Positions 63,474-64,000 of a DNA stretch of 64,000 nt are shown piece after piece (position 1 is the first letter of the stretch; each line of letters begins with the position of its first letter). A model generated the notes under the pieces. That model saw nothing but the letters and a program-made list of their open reading frames with translations. It searched no databases and was not told the origin of the DNA. The DNA comes from Dehalococcoidia bacterium (lineage in GTDB: Bacteria; Chloroflexota; Dehalococcoidia; Lucifugimonadales; Lucifugimonadaceae), in assembly GCA_965221625.1 (NCBI GenBank), contig OZ244903.1, forward strand, positions 644,685 through 708,684, read 5' to 3'. The position numbers and the translations under genes are program-made.

Positions 63474-64000
63474 ATGGCAGCGTTCCGACCCGATCCACCG
63501 CGACGATTTTCCTCGGCTAGGCAACAGGCCGATGCGCCGCGCGGCATCGTCGCACCATTGGCCCGCGTCATCGAATCCTTGCGACGACTTCCCGGCATCG
63601 GGCCGAAGAGCGCGCAACGATTGGCATACTATCTAATCCGGATGCCCGAAGAGGATGCGAGCGAGCTGTCAGAAGCGATCTTGGGCATCAAGCAACGTAT
63701 CATCCTTTGTGAGCGATGTGCCGACATCACCGAGGAACCAGTCTGCGCCATCTGTATGGACCCGCGCCGCGACAGAACGCTAATCTGCGTGGTCGAGGAA
63801 CCGTTGGACGTCGTTGCATTTGAACGGACCCGTAGGTACCACGGTCTCTATCACGTACTACACGGTGCCATTTCGCCAACCGGCGGCATCGGTGCGTCGG
63901 ACTTGAAGATTAAGGAACTGCTGGAGCGGATCAAGGACGAATCCGTCAAGGAAGTGATTGTCGCAACCAATACCAATCTCGACGGTGAAGCGACTGCGAT
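63474..64000 (+). CDS. recR: Recombination protein RecR (3' end beyond window)
   Basis: Not in the ORF track (runs off the edge). Hand translation gives LRRLPGIGPKSAQRLAYYLI, zinc finger CERCADITEEPVCAIC, and Toprim LICVVEEP.DV.A.ERT..Y.G.YHVL.G.ISP. The start could be a downstream TTG instead. Confidence 0.88.
   Translation, partial: MAAFRPDPPRRFSSARQQADAPRGIVAPLARVIESLRRLPGIGPKSAQRLAYYLIRMPEEDASELSEAILGIKQRIILCERCADITEEPVCAICMDPRRDRTLICVVEEPLDVVAFERTRRYHGLYHVLHGAISPTGGIGASDLKIKELLERIKDESVKEVIVATNTNLDGEATA

Noticed and set aside
1-64000. CRISPR arrays, rRNA genes, IS elements and prophage genes
   Set aside because: I saw no regularly spaced short direct repeats, no rRNA-like conserved stretches, and no transposase or phage structural signatures in any frame.

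Overview
A gene-dense, moderately GC-rich chromosomal segment with about 55 protein-coding genes. I recognised no rRNA, tRNA, CRISPR array or transposase.

Housekeeping genes present: fabF, fabI, glnA, argC, recG, mutS2, rlmN, comF, and dnaX-ybaB-recR.

These are interleaved with a large catabolic and uptake complement:
- six enolase-superfamily (MR/MLE) paralogs, three of them in tandem
- an arylsulfatase and an M81/MlrC peptidase
- a molybdenum hydroxylase large subunit
- aldo/keto reductase (AKR), SDR and Gfo/Idh/MocA oxidoreductases
- a family-5 ABC importer

The gene content includes a 1474-aa GT-C protein with the YYYY motif of the Chloroflexi/Archaea 'YYY' domain. Together with the enolase and sulfatase enrichment, this suggests a marine Chloroflexota (SAR202-like) genome. 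That is inference only.

Most notable observations:
1. Two same-frame ORFs are joined by a single UGA in a D-U-G-T-C motif, with a SECIS-like hairpin 12 nt downstream. This is a candidate selenoprotein fused to a large uncharacterised domain.
2. A ~2.5-kb lower-GC restriction-modification islet is inserted at the 3' end of a TPR gene. It is bracketed by ~70-bp direct repeats that duplicate the gene end, including the stop codon.
3. A window-edge lipoprotein carries at least five tandem Cache-like modules behind a V/E-rich linker.
4. A MoaD/ThiS-like protein ends in GG-G-C.
5. An EamA transporter has its first TM helix encoded upstream of any canonical start codon.

Two edge-truncated genes are absent from the ORF track and were read directly from the sequence (1..2395 minus strand; recR 63474..64000).
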